A DNA stretch of 64,000 nucleotides from a virus (Duplodnaviria > Caudoviricetes). Positions 10,457 to 24,000 of this stretch are shown piece by piece (positions within the stretch are counted from its first letter, which is position 1; the number at the start of each line of letters is the position of its first letter). The DNA lies in IMG/VR virus record IMGVR_UViG_3300021399_000002, positions 118,656 to 182,655 of that record; one strand, given 5' to 3'. The notes beneath the pieces are model-generated. The model made no database searches. It had not been told where the DNA came from and saw nothing but the letters and a program-made list of their open reading frames with translations. The translations under genes were made by a program, and so were the position numbers.

Positions 10457-13400
10457 TTTATCATAAGCATACATATTATGAACTACCACTTTTTCTACAA
10501 CAAAAGTACGACAAGGTTCAACATGGCAAGTATATACTGTTTCATCTTGTAAATCATCACGATATTTTATCTATTTAATATAAACTTTTTCATTATTAAT
10601 TGTAACTAATTCATCACTTTCATGAAGTAATTTAGTCTATACTTCATGCTCTTTATAAGCTTGTTCACAATTTAATGAACCCCATCCTGTAGTTGTTAAT
10701 ACTGGATGACTATCCGTTAGAGTTAAAATTGTATCATTAGATAATATCAAATCATAAATCTAATTTTTATGTTTTAACATCTATACTGAAGCAATTTCAC
10801 CCATTTCAATTTGATGTGTAATTTCATTATATGACTTTACCTTTAATCCTACCTATAATTTTTCAATATTAATAGTAGAACCATCATATAATTCTATTTG
10901 CGTTCCTGCGATAAAGCATCCACCACCGCTTGCTTTAGGTATTACTTCAGCAGATGCTCCACTTGGTGGATTCGTTGGGCTGACCGCCGCGGCCGAACTA
11001 TTAGATGTATTATTCGCAGTACAAACAGCATCCCATAATGCTGTACCATCAATACATTTCCATTGAAAGGTGCCAGTTCCAGTTTTTACAAATACCCATA
11101 ATTTTCCTACATGATTATCCCAATTACCTTGGACCACTTCATTACGAGATGCGTCCGATGGCCCATTACCTAAACATAATATTTCTGTATATACTTCCCC
11201 ATTGTTAGTAATTCTAAAAGGAGCCCAATATTCAGGACGAGTGCCATCCCATTTACCTGGTGTTGCATTTTCTGGATAACTTGCGCCAATATACATAGCC
11301 CAATTTCCAGGTGTATTATACCCACCATAATTAACTTTCTTTCCTAAGAATACATTAGATATCCCCGTATCACCATTAGTTAAATTATTATCAACAATGC
11401 TCCAATTACCAATAGACCCACTAGTTGCATTTATATTACCTTTAATTTTTAGTCCACCACTAGAAGAATATTGAATTCCCTATGTAGCATCTTTCCAAGT
11501 TTTATTATCGGCTATATATAAATTTGTATTATAATCAATAGCATTACTTCTAAGAATAAATTTAGAACCATTTGCTACAACTGAAAAATGTGCTCCTGCT
11601 GTTATAGTTAAATCTTTATTAGCATTAATATTTCCATATTTATCAATAGTTAAATAAGCTGTGGTGCCATCAGAATTAAAAAATCCCATATCATCATTAT
11701 CTACAACAAAGCGGCCATTATTACTATCGGCAATGAGCTTTGTAGCTGTTATATTACCTTTTACAGTAACATCCCCACTTGCATCTAACTTAAAATTAGT
11801 CATATTAACTTGCAATGTCCCGGTCCCACCAATAATAATACCTGTTTTTTTAATATTAACGAATGAACCACTAGTTTGATTATAACTAGTTCCTAATACT
11901 ATTTCTGTTGGAGCTATATATACTAATGAACGATTACTTGCATCTCCAGATGCAAGGCCAATAAAATTTTTTGTAGCTTTTATACCAACTATACTAGAAT
12001 TCGATCCAAGAGTTTCTTTTGTAGCGTCTCGTAATGCTGTTAATGACTTATTACCGCCCGCGCCTAAAATAAAATAAGAATCTGTCATTTCTACTGCAGT
12101 ACCACTAGAAGTATTAGAGACTCCAAATAATAAATGTGAAGGTAATAATTCTACACTTACACCAGTAGAAGGGGCAGTAATTGTTTCAGTATCTTTATTA
12201 TACTAAAATCCTCCTGCATATAATCTAACTCCTTTACCACTACCAATCAGAACTCCATTTTCTGGACTGATTTCTATAACAGAAGTAGAAGCAATAGTAT
12301 CTAAAGATGTAACCATCTAAATTTTATTTTTGCCACGCATTAGAATATTAGAAGATGCCATTTCAATTTTAGTCGGATTAATTAATACTTTAGAGATGCC
12401 AGAATCTTCTTCAGAATCTTCTATTAAATCATTGATTTCTTCTTGTGGATCAATATGTTCGCCATCTTTATTTTCAAATTGTACATTATTACCGCCACTA
12501 CTAATTAAATTAATACCACTTATCTCTTCCTACTTAGTTTTTGGATTTCTACCGCTAAGTAAATTAATAGTAGTACCACCAATATTTATTGCTTTATTAC
12601 CAACAATATCTACGCGTTCATCCGCGGCAATATATATATTTCCTCCGGATCCCATATTAATCTAATTTTCTGCTTTAATATCAATAATTCCTGTAACCGC
12701 ATCAACATTTAAGTTAACACCTTTAATCTAAGCAAGTGTACCATCATAGATTTTTCCCCAGCCATCTCCACTATTAGATTCACTTGAATTACAAACAGCA
12801 AGATAACGATACTTTTCCGTTTTACCCTCATCAATCTATATCCAAATATCTCCAGCTTTAAAAGTAGTTGGTGGGTCTGTCTAAGTATAAGTCTAAACCG
12901 CAACTTCCCTACCAATATCTTGAACAAAACTTGCTAAAATCGCGGCATTTTCAGTATTCAATGTACGAATATTATCTAATCCTTTACTAGCATCAGCTAA
13001 TATAGACCCCGCTTCATTAAATATAGAAGTTAATTTTTCTTCTACAGTAGGACTGGTATTAAAATAAGTATCTAAATAATTATTTAAAATAGGAGTATTC
13101 TATGCTAATGTATCAGTAAAGCCTACATTAGATAATCCAGTCTATCCAGATAGTAGACCACTAATACCCTAAGATACTCGTTTCATTTCTTCCGTAGAAG
13201 CAACTATAGTTGAAAATAAATCTTCAAATTTAGTTTTATAATTTCTAACTTCAATAGTGTCCTTCCAAGGTGCATCTAAGTCTAAGTTTAATCTAGATAT
13301 ATATCCAAAAGTATCTTTAAACTTCAATTCAGTATCATTAATCATTAATAATTGCGCGAGTCTATTATATAATGTATGTGACACCCAATATTTTGTATAA

Positions 13401-16279
13401 TCAAGGTTAATATGACTAATACTATTTTCATAGTATTTTGTATCTATTAAATGAGCATCTAATTCATATGATACTTTTGGATAAGCATTTTCATGGGATA
13501 TTTCTAGCGCATCTAAATATATAGAAGTATTGGCATTAGAAATTATATAATGAACATTTAATTCTTTTTCCTCACATTCTAGATGTCTAAAAATTACTTC
13601 TGGTTTAAGAGTAACAAAATATTCAGTATAATATATATCATTTCGTTTTGTTTCACGAGTATTTATATAATAATCATTAAACATTGATAATAATTCTGCG
13701 TCATAATGAATAATAATATCACTACTCTAAGTTTTTAAATTCATAGAAGAAAATTTAATACGCGGATATACAACTTCATAATCTTCTGGATGTGCAACCC
13801 ATAATGCTGGTCTAGATAAATCAGGCGTTATTTCTACTTCTATACCATCACCCGTAAGAGACATATCTGTATAATTAATTTTTCCAAGATATCCAGTATT
13901 TTTCATACGAGTAATCTATGCTTCAGTTAATGTTTTCGCGCCAAGCAAAACTATAGCAGGCAATATAGTATTACTATCACTCTTTTTTTTAATAAAAACT
14001 AATTTAGCCTAAGACCCTATTGAAAAAAACTATCTATATTTTAACTCAAAGGGCTCATTATAATTTTCTCCAGCATTATAGTTAGTATCAAAATAAAAAC
14101 TATATTCTGTTAAATCAACTCCCTTATATAAATTAGCAACGCTAATTATAGGGTAATAAATTTTCTTCTATAATGCCGCGCTAGATGTATAATATAATTT
14201 TTGCTCATTATAAAATAATCTAGAATCATCTTCATCAGTAGATTCTTCTTTTCCAAAATCCCAAATAAACTATGCATTGTTTCCAGTATCAGCAGTAATA
14301 ATACTACTATCTGCGGTTAAATTTAATTTTGTAGTATATTTTCTAATATCTCCATAATCAGAATAATCATCAGGCTGCCAGTATCCTTCACGCAATGCTG
14401 GTCCCATCATTTGTTCAAATTGTAAAATTAGCTTCTTTTTTTCATTTAATTTATTACTAATATCTGTCTTTACTTTTTCAAGTGTTTTATATAATCCAGT
14501 TTTATTTTCTGGATTTATATCATCTTCTCCTAAATGTTTTTTTAACTAACTTAAATCAATGCTATCATTAGCTAATCTTTGATCCCACATTGCTAATACT
14601 TTATCATAATATGAATCAGGATTATAGCTATATGTCATATAAACAATATTAGAAGCCTCAGTATTATAAGTTAAATTATTAATCTACTCTAAATTACCAG
14701 ATTCATTATATTGAGCTGTAAAATCACTATCACTTCTCTCTGCAGTACATTGTACATTTGAAAAGAACTTTATAGTCTAAAATATAATTCCTAAATTACT
14801 TTTTAATACAATATGCCCCTTATTATTTCCATCTGGGATAATTATTGCACTTGCAGGATTGCTTGAATTTACTACTAAATTACTCCCGGCGGCATCGCCA
14901 TACTTCTAAACTAACGCAGTCTTTAAGGCATTGTTTGCGTCTACCTGTTCCTAATCTAATTTAATAGCGTTTTCTAGAACTGTTTTTCGAGCTTCTAAAT
15001 CTACAATATCTGCTTCTATCGCGGCCTAGCGCTATTGTAAAGGAACTAGTTCATCATTTAATTGCCTTACTTTCTTTTCATATATACCAATCTCTTCATA
15101 CTGCTCATCTGAAATAGTACCGATTTCATGCAAATAATCAAAATTTAATATATAATCTTCTTTTGTTTTATTAGCTTCACTGTCCATAATACTATGGAAG
15201 CCCTGTAATGTAGTATCATCATCAACTTTTAATACATACAATTTAGTAGTTAAATCTGTGCTATCCATTTTTCTACTAATTTTATTAGTATCATAAGGAT
15301 AAGTTAATGATAAATAACCTTCTTCTTCTTTAAAAAAGTTATTATAAAAAATTACTGTACGAGAAATAATCTAATTATTCTCATCATGTCCATACTCATA
15401 AGCACAAAATACTCCGAATGTTTCAGCTATTGTCTAAGTAATATTATATTTATTACTATTTTTAACATCTACCATTCTTTGTTTTATAGTAAAAGACTAT
15501 GTTTTTAAAGGCTTTAAATTCTCATCCCATGAAGTAGTATATGTTTCTTCATACACCTAATTAGGTAAACGCTAACTAGTATTTGATAATCCATTTTCAA
15601 AAGAATTCCAATTCATATTAATTTTATAATACCAAATATTAGGATTAATATTATTACGATTCTTTTCATAACTCTATAACTCAGTTTTTTCACACCAGTA
15701 AGCTAAATCTGCCATAGGCTCTTTTTCTGGATGCGCTTCATCTGGTGGTTCTGGATCAATACCAGTTTCAGCCCACTTTTTATATCTTTCATAATATTCA
15801 TCATATGATAATGAGAGCTTATATCCAATTTTTCCTAACTCATGAAAGGCTAATCCTTCACATTTAACATTACAAGTTAATACATCATTTTCATGTAATT
15901 CTTCAACATCAAGAATTACAAATTCAAAAACCTTCTTATTCTAAGGTTCTTCTTTATTAAAAATAACTTTAATTTTGCGTAAACCAGTAATAAGATTTCC
16001 GCTATGAATAGTATACCAATTTGGATTTGGCTATAATATCCCATTCTGATGATAATACATAGGAATACTAAAAGTTAATTCCTAAGTTCCATCAATATCC
16101 AATATCATTTTAGGATTTTCTATTCTACCTTTTTGCTCCACATCGGACCACTTTAGGACAGTAATAAAACTGTCCTAAAGAGTCCATAGGGAGACTTCAT
16201 AACTACGAACTTCTTTTTTTTCAATACCATATGAATTATTTATTTCAACAATCAAATTTTTTTGCTCATCCGTAATCAT
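10454..16279 (-). CDS. Large tail tip/host-specificity (Tal-like) protein, ~1,941 aa, with C-terminal Hint (intein-like) domain; many TAG=Gln
   Basis: Fragments 15032-15268, 13169-13684, 11480-12088 and 10853-11296 share one frame; SD AAGGAGG before ATG 16279; follows Dit-like gene; ends CFIAGT...TDSHP...VY...VVHNMYAYDK-TAA. Confidence 0.75.
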
Positions 16280-16307
16280 GTGTCTACCTCCTTTTAACTC
16301 ATTTATA

Positions 16308-18056
16308 TTATAAGTACATATTTTTATAATAAATTACAAAATTAGTTAATGGAGTACTAAAATCATGTGTAATACGATGTGAATAACGCCTACCTTCTGT
16401 TGTATTATTCCATCCTACAATGCGTCCATACTAATTTGGATAATTTCTTTCTCTTATAATTATGTAATTTGAGTTCAACATATCTCCTACATCTTCTTCA
16501 AATATTTTTCCATATTCTGAACACATATCTGTAAGATCAGTTTTATTAGCATCTGGAGTGTTATACTAAATTTTTCCGATTGCTTTTCCATACTAGCTAT
16601 TAAAAGTCAAAGTTAAGGTATATGGTGTATTATTAGTATCTGTTAAAAATCTTAACATTGCATCTTTAACATTAATTATATTAGCTCCGCTAGTAGTTTC
16701 TCCATCTTTAATAATATCTATTATTTTAATCGCCCATGCGCGCACTCCAGCATGTCTCACACTATCTCGAATATTCGCACGCACATCTTCCCATGTATAC
16801 TCAGTAGAATTTAGCATCTTATAAAATATCTATAATGCTTTATTATAACTAGTTAAAATATTTGGTGTAGTTAATTTTAATACCTACTGATTAACACTTT
16901 CAACAATAATAGTATTATATGATGGATTAGAGCCTACAATTGAGTTATTTGGACAAATTACATAACCTTGGTCATTAAACTATGGAGTCAGATTAAATTT
17001 AATTTCAGTAAATGCAGGAGCATTTCCAGAGTAATAGAAATATGCATCTGTATTAGAGCTAAGAGAAGTAATACCCTATCCATCTGCATTCATAATCGCG
17101 CCCGCTATTGCTCCATAATATGTCCCTGGGGCAGACCTAATCTTATTATCAGCCTCTTTATCAGCGGCAGTAACAGTTCCATTAATACGCGCACCAGTGC
17201 CGCGAGGAACGCCGTCTGTCCAAATACTATCATCGTCAGATGCAATGCTCCAAATCTAAGATGTTTCATTATCTTCAACTTTTGCTAAGGCTCCATTACC
17301 AAGCATCATATTCTAATCTATCATGCTACCTAATGGAATACCATCCTCATATAATATTTTTAAAGCATCCTAAGAAGCAAATATATTTGTATAATATTGT
17401 TCTTCATCTGGGTCGTTAGGAGCTTTCCACATATCAATATACCTAGTTGGATGTCCTTCTTCTGAAATCTTACGACCAAGTATATTCTAAATTGCATACC
17501 AATGAGGTTCATCCATTACTAATTTTAACTAAATATCTCCTTTATATAAAGTAGTTTTAGTTTTATATGATATTTCATTAATAGTAATTGATACATCATC
17601 TTCAAATGGAAGTAGTGATAATTGAGGAGGCTCTGCCACACGCGCCAAAGTAGCTCTATTCGGATGCTCAGCTAATATTAACTCACGAATTTCTCCGGCA
17701 TGGAACCAATATAAAAAGTCATCAAGCATTTTCTAATCAATACCGTCAGTAGAAAGAGTGAACTCCATTTGATTTGGATTATAATGCGTGCCCCAATAGT
17801 ACTGCCCATCTAAATTTTCATACGATGTAGTAATGTCATTAAAAGGAGAATATCCTATTCTATCTAACCTATTATTATTAATTGTTGCGATTAAATTAAA
17901 ATCTTCAATATATTTTCCGCCATAAGTAAAACTTATAAATGAGCGATTCATAAGGGAGATTCTAACATCTCCCTTATGAGTAGCCTGGTAGACCTAACCC
18001 TTGCGGGTTAGGTCTACCGGTATATTCGCGTTTATGATATCTCTATATTCCGGCAT
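16308..18056 (-). CDS. Distal tail (Dit-like)/baseplate protein, ~582 aa (TAG=Gln); alternative start at 17951
   Basis: Fragments 17733-17951, 17529-17729 and 16593-16817 in one frame; FISFTYGG..DGQYYWG pattern; directly after tape measure. Confidence 0.65.
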
Positions 18057-18061
18057 CTCCT

Positions 18062-21000
18062 TTACCTCCTTATTCTATTCTATGCCATTGTTTTACGAGC
18101 TACATTAATAATTTTATCTAGCGCTTGTTCTCCTGCGCGTTGAGCATCGTAATCATTAGCAATCTAAGATACTTGCATTACAACTTCAGCCTTTTCAATA
18201 GTAACTCCATCTGTATAATTATTACTAATAGAAGAAGTATCGGCTAATCCAGTAACGCTATCGCGCCAACTAGTTAATAGAGAAAGTAAGGAATTAGGTT
18301 TATTACTTAAAATTTCATCACGAAGAATAGCAGTTTGAGAAGCATTTAAAACAGCTTCAGGCTTATTCTTTGTGCCATGAAGGATTGCAGGGCCGGTATA
18401 ATCATTTAAACCGCCTTCTTCATACTTTTCCGCATTTGCAGTCCAATAATTAGACTGCCCCTCTTTTGATTTAATTTTTTTAAATGCAGCATCTTCAGCG
18501 TTAGCATATGTTCTACCTTTTCCTTCAACAGAAAATACTTTTCCATTATCCCAATAATTTAATGTAATTTTCCAGCCATGCTCATTATTATTACCTTTAG
18601 TATTACCACTAGTAGCCTCTCCAATCAATCCTCCAGAACCATTAAATGAATAATTCTTTCCATCAATTGCCTAAGTACCAGTAACCATATAGCCATTTTT
18701 ATCAAAGTAATACCAAATACCATTTTCTTGCATCCATTCATTTTGCTTATAACTACCATCAGCATTTTCATACCACCAGCCCTTATCATCCTATTTCCAA
18801 GAGCCTTGTGTAACAGACTTTTCAGCCCTACCAGAAGCAGTACTCTAAGTAGCAGCCGCGGCAGTACTAGTAGTAGTTGTACCATTAATTGTATTGGTAG
18901 CCTAATCTGCAAGTTCAGTATTATTTCCAAGACCAACATTAGTATTATTATAATGATTAATTAAAGTCTCAATTCCTTCAAATCTATTAGCAAAGTCTTT
19001 ATAGGCTTGAGCTTCAAACAAATCATCACGCTAAGTCTTTAATAATTCAGTTGGAGATTTGCCCCAATATTCACTATTATTTTTAGCAATATATGCCGCA
19101 ATTCCTTCTGCATTTTCACCATGCATTATTTCATAAACCTTACTCCATAATAATCCATATTCTTTTTCATACTCTAACATTTCTGTTTCTAAATCAATTT
19201 GCTGCTATAATTTCTCTAATTCATTATCTGAAGCCTGCTGAATTGCATCAATCTATCTCTATTGCTCGTCAAAATAAGCATCAGATTGCTTTTCAGTGAT
19301 CTGCGCCTATATTCCAGCAATTTCGGCCGCGCTTGCGCCAGACCGCTATAGAATACCAAGTTGCCGCTGTAGTTTAGTAAGGTCATCACTCTTTGCCTAC
19401 TAATTATACATATCTTTCTCATTATTCAACTAATCCTATAAGCCATTAATAAGTTTATCGGCGCTATTTTGAATTGCATCTTTAGTATCTTCTAGCTCTT
19501 GTATAGCGCGCTCTCGGCTATCAACCATTGCTTCATATACTTTATTTTCTACTGAAATCTAATTATCTTCAATATCGCGTAATATCTCATTAATTGATTC
19601 ATAATCTGCAAGTATATCTTTCTTTCCTTCTTCTATAGAATCATGTAAAGACTACATTTCTTCTTTATCGGCTTCAATTTTATTCCAGAAGTTTTCAACC
19701 GCGGTTACATAGTCTTCATTCTTCCAATTGCCCTCATCGTCTTTTTCCCATTCAATTTTTTCACCGTTATCATTATACTACATATATTCCTCAAAACGAG
19801 GATCCATAGCAACAATCATTTCATATTGCTCTTGTGCAGTATAATTGGCTTCTCCATATTGATTAGTTCCCATTAATTTAGATAAGTTAGCAAGCTAACC
19901 ATCTTTATATTTTAATTGGCCCGCCTCATCAAATTCATATAAGGAACTAAATGGATAAGCCTGGTCATTTAATTCTTGACGACGAGTATTAAAATACTCT
20001 TCTTGTGAATTAACTAAATCTTGACGAGTGGTTACTGATTGTTCTAATTTATCAAGAGTAACTAGCTAGCTCTAGAAGTAATCTTGTCCATGTGATACCA
20101 TATCAGATTGAATCTTAGAACGAAGTTGCTCTTGATAGGTAATATCTGTTTCTAATTGAGCAATCTTTTGTAGCCAATTATACCATTTTTCAAGATCTTT
20201 TAGGAAAGCTTTATTAGATTCGGAATCGCTTCCTCCACCACCGCCGCCTCCACCGCCAGCTGCGCCAGCGAGATCTTTAGCAGTTAAATCTTTTAATGAT
20301 TGCCACATTGCACGAAGTTGTTTTAGAGAACTTAATGCACTTGCCGCAGAAGCCATAGCTTCGCCGCCATTCCAATTACCGGTCGCAAAAGCTAAAGCTC
20401 GTTCTTCTGAAGTATAAGCTTTACCACGAGTAGAATGCCCATTATTCATTAAGTTGCGAGTCTATAGATGGTTAAATACAATAGCATCATCAGGTAAATC
20501 AACAAATTCAGCGCCATTTTGTCCAGCTATGTAATAGCGGCCACCAGTAACATAAAGCTCAGGGCCAAGTTCACCCATTAATGTACCTTGAGCGAGAGCT
20601 ACATTGCCTTTTGCGCCTGTTACATTACCAAATTCATCTATTGTATCATCACGATTGTTAGAAGAAGTATTACTAACTTCAGTTTTAATTTTCTAGATTA
20701 CGCCACGATTTGCAATTTTAATATTTTCTAATAATGCTGTCTATGTTTCATTTATAACATTGTTAATATTTTGTGTAGCCGGATTAGCTCGAGCATAATC
20801 TCTATTTTCATCTATTTTATTTTGTACTTCATCTTTAGGCGTTACTTGCTATTCTGCTGGAGTATCTGCAGCAACTTCAGCATTGGCTTTTACCTGGCCT
20901 GTAACATCAAGAGTAGTATTATATGCCTATTCTACTTCATAAGCATTAACAAAATTATTCCATTTTTGTTTTAAATCTTCATCATTTTCAGAACCTTTAT

Positions 21001-24000
21001 CAACTACTTTCCATTCTCCATCTACAACTTCTAATACCATATTAGTTGTAACCTATCCTGGAATAGTAATAGATACATTGCTCCTAGTTATTTCAGTATC
21101 AGTACCAGTTTCATCGCCAGTTATATTCTACTAAGTCAATGATTCATAAGCTTTAATCATAGCAACTAAAGCTGGCTAACTATCGGCAGTAACTTCACCG
21201 CCATCTTCAAAATGAGCAGTATACACGCCGCTTTTTACATTATATTCTACAGTAGTATCAATAGCTCCATGATAAGTTACTTCTCCGGATTCTTCAATTG
21301 TATAATTGTTACTTAATAATTCATCAAATTCCGCAGCCGCCATGGCAGAAACAATCTTATCAGTATCATTTTTACCAAATTGAGTTTCTTTTCCATTTAT
21401 AATGGCCTTGTTATCTTTACTCCATGTAATAACTGTTCCTGCAGTAAAGGTAAGGTGCATATCACCAATATCAATATCTCCTTCAAAACCAGTACCAGAT
21501 AATACGGATTTAATAGATTCAAATAAATGATCTAAATCATAATCTCCAGATAAATAAGCTTGATAGAAAGAATTTAATATTGCAGTATATGCTTCAGCGT
21601 CAATATCAATATCTTTTACACCATCTGCAGCATCTTCAAACATCTAACGCATAGTAACAACTTGGCCATTAACTGTTACTTTCATTTCATCTAATGCTTT
21701 AGTTAAATCTTTATTATCTTTAGCACTATCTAAAATTTTCTGTGCAGCAGTTTGAAATTTTTCAGTATAAGTATTAAGTATTTCTATAATACGATCGGAA
21801 TCCTCTGGGTCATATTTAACATCAAATATTTCTCCTAAATCTAAAACATTATCTTTATCGATGTCAATATCACCTAGTTTTTCCATAGCAACTACAGTTT
21901 CAAGTAATTGAATCATACTATCAAGCATGTCAATCTATTCATCAGCTAATGCATCAATACCTTTATCAACACCAGCCGCCATTTTATCTACGCCAGATGA
22001 AAAATCAATACCGATAGCACTTAACTTAACGCCCATCTCGCCAGTAGACATATTCGTTAACACACCAGCCGCTTGTGTTATTAGATCCGCGGCTTGCTAA
22101 GAATTTTCTACTGTCTTTCCACCAATATTAACTGCCGTACCTGAAATCTCCGCAATCTTTCCCATTTCTGTAACAATATTATAGAAATCTTCATAGGCCA
22201 TTTTACCGCGGTCTTTCCCTTTATAACTAGTCTGTTTCATTTTTGCAAATGCATCATACCAATTAGACCAGTAATTTAATGGATTATTCTATCCGCTAGG
22301 AATTTTATTATCCATAAATTTAAAGGAATCATCTTCGGTTGTAGAACGAGCAGCATTAATTTCTTGAGCAAGACTTAATTCTTCTTCTAATGCCGTAATA
22401 CGCTTCTAATTATCAGGAGTTTCTTCTTGATCGCGTAATTGTGATAGTTCTTTTTCAAGACTTACAATATATGAAGTTGTACTACTAATTGATTTAAATT
22501 CATCCTGGGTTTCAATTAATGATTCTTTTAAAGCATCAAATACAATACTACCTTGAATATCATCAATATTTTTAATTACCTAATATAATTCTTTTGCAGA
22601 ATTAGTAGATAATTTTAAACCATCTGCTGTAGTTGTAAAATCTAACTAATGAATCCCATACTAGTCAGCCCATGAAGATAATTTCTAAGCATCCACATTA
22701 CTTAAACTACCACTAATACCGCCACTAATTAATGAAGCTATATCAGCTAACATATCAGAAATTGTATCTGCTAATTCTGCCATCTATTCTGGAATAAGTT
22801 TTCCAGCTTTCGCCGCAGCTTCTGCAGTAGCTTGAATTAATTTAGGAATATCTACAGTTTCATTAAAAACATAAATACCATTCTAAATCTATTCACCATA
22901 AGAGCCAATTACTTCCTTAAGCTTTCCTTCTGGCAATACACTTTCTAGATATGATAAATTAATAGCTTTACCTGGCTTAATTTCAGCTAATTCCTAAATC
23001 TATTCAGCAACACTATCTATAATATTATTAGTATTATTATAGAATTCAGTCATTGCATCGGCATATTCATTACGAAGCTCATAATATTCAGGAGAACTCG
23101 CATCTAAACCTAATGTACCTAAGAAGGCATCAATATCAAAAATACGAATGCCGCCAAAACCTGTTAATCCAACAGTACCACTCTCAACTAAATCTGGCAA
23201 AATTGTAGCTATATTTTGACCATAATTACTATATAGCTAAGCTAAAGTATCAAATGACATATCTGCTGCATTTTCTAATGCTTCTTGAGCATCCATGCGT
23301 TTCTAATCATTTGCAGTCAATAATTTAGCGTAAGCATTATTTAAATCAGATACAGTTGCTCCAGCAGTATTACTCATCTGCTCATAAATAGCAGAATATA
23401 CTTCTACAGCATTAAAGGTTTTATTTACAACGCCGTTGGCATCTACCATTTCTAACTAGCTTAATACCTAACGCAACTCGCCAGTAATGACTTGCCCCTA
23501 AATAATTCCTTCAACTTCACCTAAAGCATCATTCCAACGATTAATAGCACTAGAATAAATTTCAGCTAATTCAGATTCAGTTAAATCAGGTTTAATCTCA
23601 CGAGCTTTATTAACAGCCCTTTCTCCACCTGCCTATAGAGCTTTAATAGCATATGAAGCATCTTTAGTAGCGCTATTTATATCTCTATTAACTGTAGCAT
23701 AATATGTTTCTAAAGCTCTGCCTAATTTATTAACATCATTTTGAGTCCTATCACCAGATAAGAAACTACCAATATCAATATTATTCTAAGCAGCTTTAAT
23801 AGTATTATCTTTAATCCACTAATCAATTTTAGCTTCGGGCAAAATACCCATATTCTTTAACTGTTGAGCCTATGCTTCAATATACTTTCTAATATATTCA
23901 GGGCGCACAGTAAAGGCATCAAGAATATCATCATAATAACTTACATTTTCAATTTGTAAATTTGTACCAAGCATCTAATTATAATTCTCAACAAAAGAAC

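Noticed and set aside
10472-10918. Mobile splicing intein
   Set aside because: No homing endonuclease, +1 residue is Met, and the C-extein is only 6 aa; treated as a BIL/Hint processing domain
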